This document shows positions 63,304-64,000 of a stretch of 64,000 bases of DNA, in pieces (position 1 is the first letter of the stretch; each line of letters begins with the position of its first letter). Location: NCBI GenBank assembly GCA_002746255.1, contig NVWO01000001.1, forward strand, positions 230,102 to 294,101, in the 5' to 3' direction. Below the pieces are notes generated by a model, which saw only the letters and a list, made by a program, of their open reading frames with translations, was not told the origin of the DNA and made no database searches. The DNA comes from Rhodospirillaceae bacterium. GTDB taxonomy: Bacteria > Pseudomonadota > Alphaproteobacteria > GCA-2746255. The translations under genes and the position numbers were made by a program.

Positions 63304-64000
63304 TCAGGGCTTATGAAAGACTTCCTTCCCATCGTTTTGGAACCAGCCTTTGTAGATTTCTCCAAAACCAAAATAATCAATATTGGGTGGAACATAATTA
63401 GCCCCTTTATCTTCCTTGCAAAGAAGGCGAAATTCAAAGGTGATGCGTGTCGTTTTGCGCTGGTTCAAGGCGCTGTGGTGAAGGTGGTGGGCAGCAAAAA
63501 TCATGACATCGCCCATCGCCAGAGGCGGCGCGATGGGATTTGAGATGTCTACATGCTCGCGCAGCATGGGGGGGAGATTGAGGCCCACGGCATTGCGCCA
63601 AACGTCGTATCCCCGGGAGCTGTTTTTGATGCTCCGACAGTAGTAAGCGGACAGCACGCGAAGGGTCCCGTTTGTTTCCAAAGGATAGATCGGCCCCCAT
63701 AAATTAAGCTGTTGCCGGGGCGACCCGTACCAGGTGTCGCGGTGGGGCGGCAGTGAACCGGAGCAGGTGGTGCGGTAGTAGCCTTGCGGCTCACTGCCAT
63801 GAGGGAAGGTCAGGCGGATGCCCGGCCATTCAAAAACGGTCTGGTCCGGGGGGACGCCGATTTCTTTCATGAAGGCGGTGAGAATGGGGGGGATTTGTTT
63901 CTCTGCCAGCAGGGCTTCATAGGCCGCTTCGACGCGCATCTTATAGGATACCGCGTTCAGTTTTTCATGGGCGACGAGCGGATCGTAGGGCTTGAAATGT
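63304..64000 (-). CDS. Fe(II)/2-oxoglutarate-dependent oxygenase-like protein (PhyH-like), 5-prime end probably beyond the window
   Basis: HxD...H pattern (LPPHRDTWYG ... AAHHLHHS). The frame stays open upstream of the listed ATG all the way to position 64000. Confidence 0.45.
   Translation of the reverse strand, partial: HFKPYDPLVAHEKLNAVSYKMRVEAAYEALLAEKQIPPILTAFMKEIGVPPDQTVFEWPGIRLTFPHGSEPQGYYRTTCSGSLPPHRDTWYGSPRQQLNLWGPIYPLETNGTLRVLSAYYCRSIKNSSRGYDVWRNAVGLNLPPMLREHVDISNPIAPPLAMGDVMIFAAHHLHHSALNQRKTTRITFEFRLLCKEDKGANYVPPNIDYFGFGEIYKGWFQNDGKEVFHKP

Overview
GC-rich, alphaproteobacterium-like chromosomal window; the taxonomic guess is inferred from gene content and synteny. Positions 1-16.5 kb are housekeeping genes: rnr, topA, dprA, plsY, pyrC-like, pyrB, a CoA-transferase, ruvX, gatCAB and an OmpA-family protein. 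A tRNA-Ser(GCU) at 16614-16703 marks the left edge of a roughly 25 kb genomic island that looks by eye lower and more uneven in GC. The island starts with an integration module (large serine recombinase, DUF2924-like, DUF3489-like). Next comes an IS6-family-bracketed block holding an SbcD/SbcC-like nuclease-ATPase pair and a convergent RloC-like zinc-hook ABC ATPase. The rest is one tightly packed minus-strand cluster, 28628-39008: hsdM-hsdS, three nested unknown ORFs, hsdR, a PRTase-like protein, a wHTH protein, a 180 bp gap and a retron-type reverse transcriptase. The RT carries a frameshift and an in-frame TGA. The island ends with a ParB-domain DNA methyltransferase coupled to a DUF5681-like gene. 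Positions 42-64 kb are a patchwork of small redox and stress genes, a BTLCP peptidase, a two-component pair, grxC, an AlaDH/PNT-family gene and a SulP transporter. This part is cut up by many IS6-family deletion derivatives, solo inverted repeats, a truncated putA and a serine-recombinase remnant. Unexplained noncoding structure includes two diverged copies of a roughly 250 bp element carrying type I-E CRISPR-repeat-like hairpins, and two copies of a roughly 350 bp hairpin-rich element. There are also homopolymer tracts at a hairpin upstream of the sbcD-like gene and at a frameshift point. I found no rRNA, cas genes or bona fide CRISPR array.
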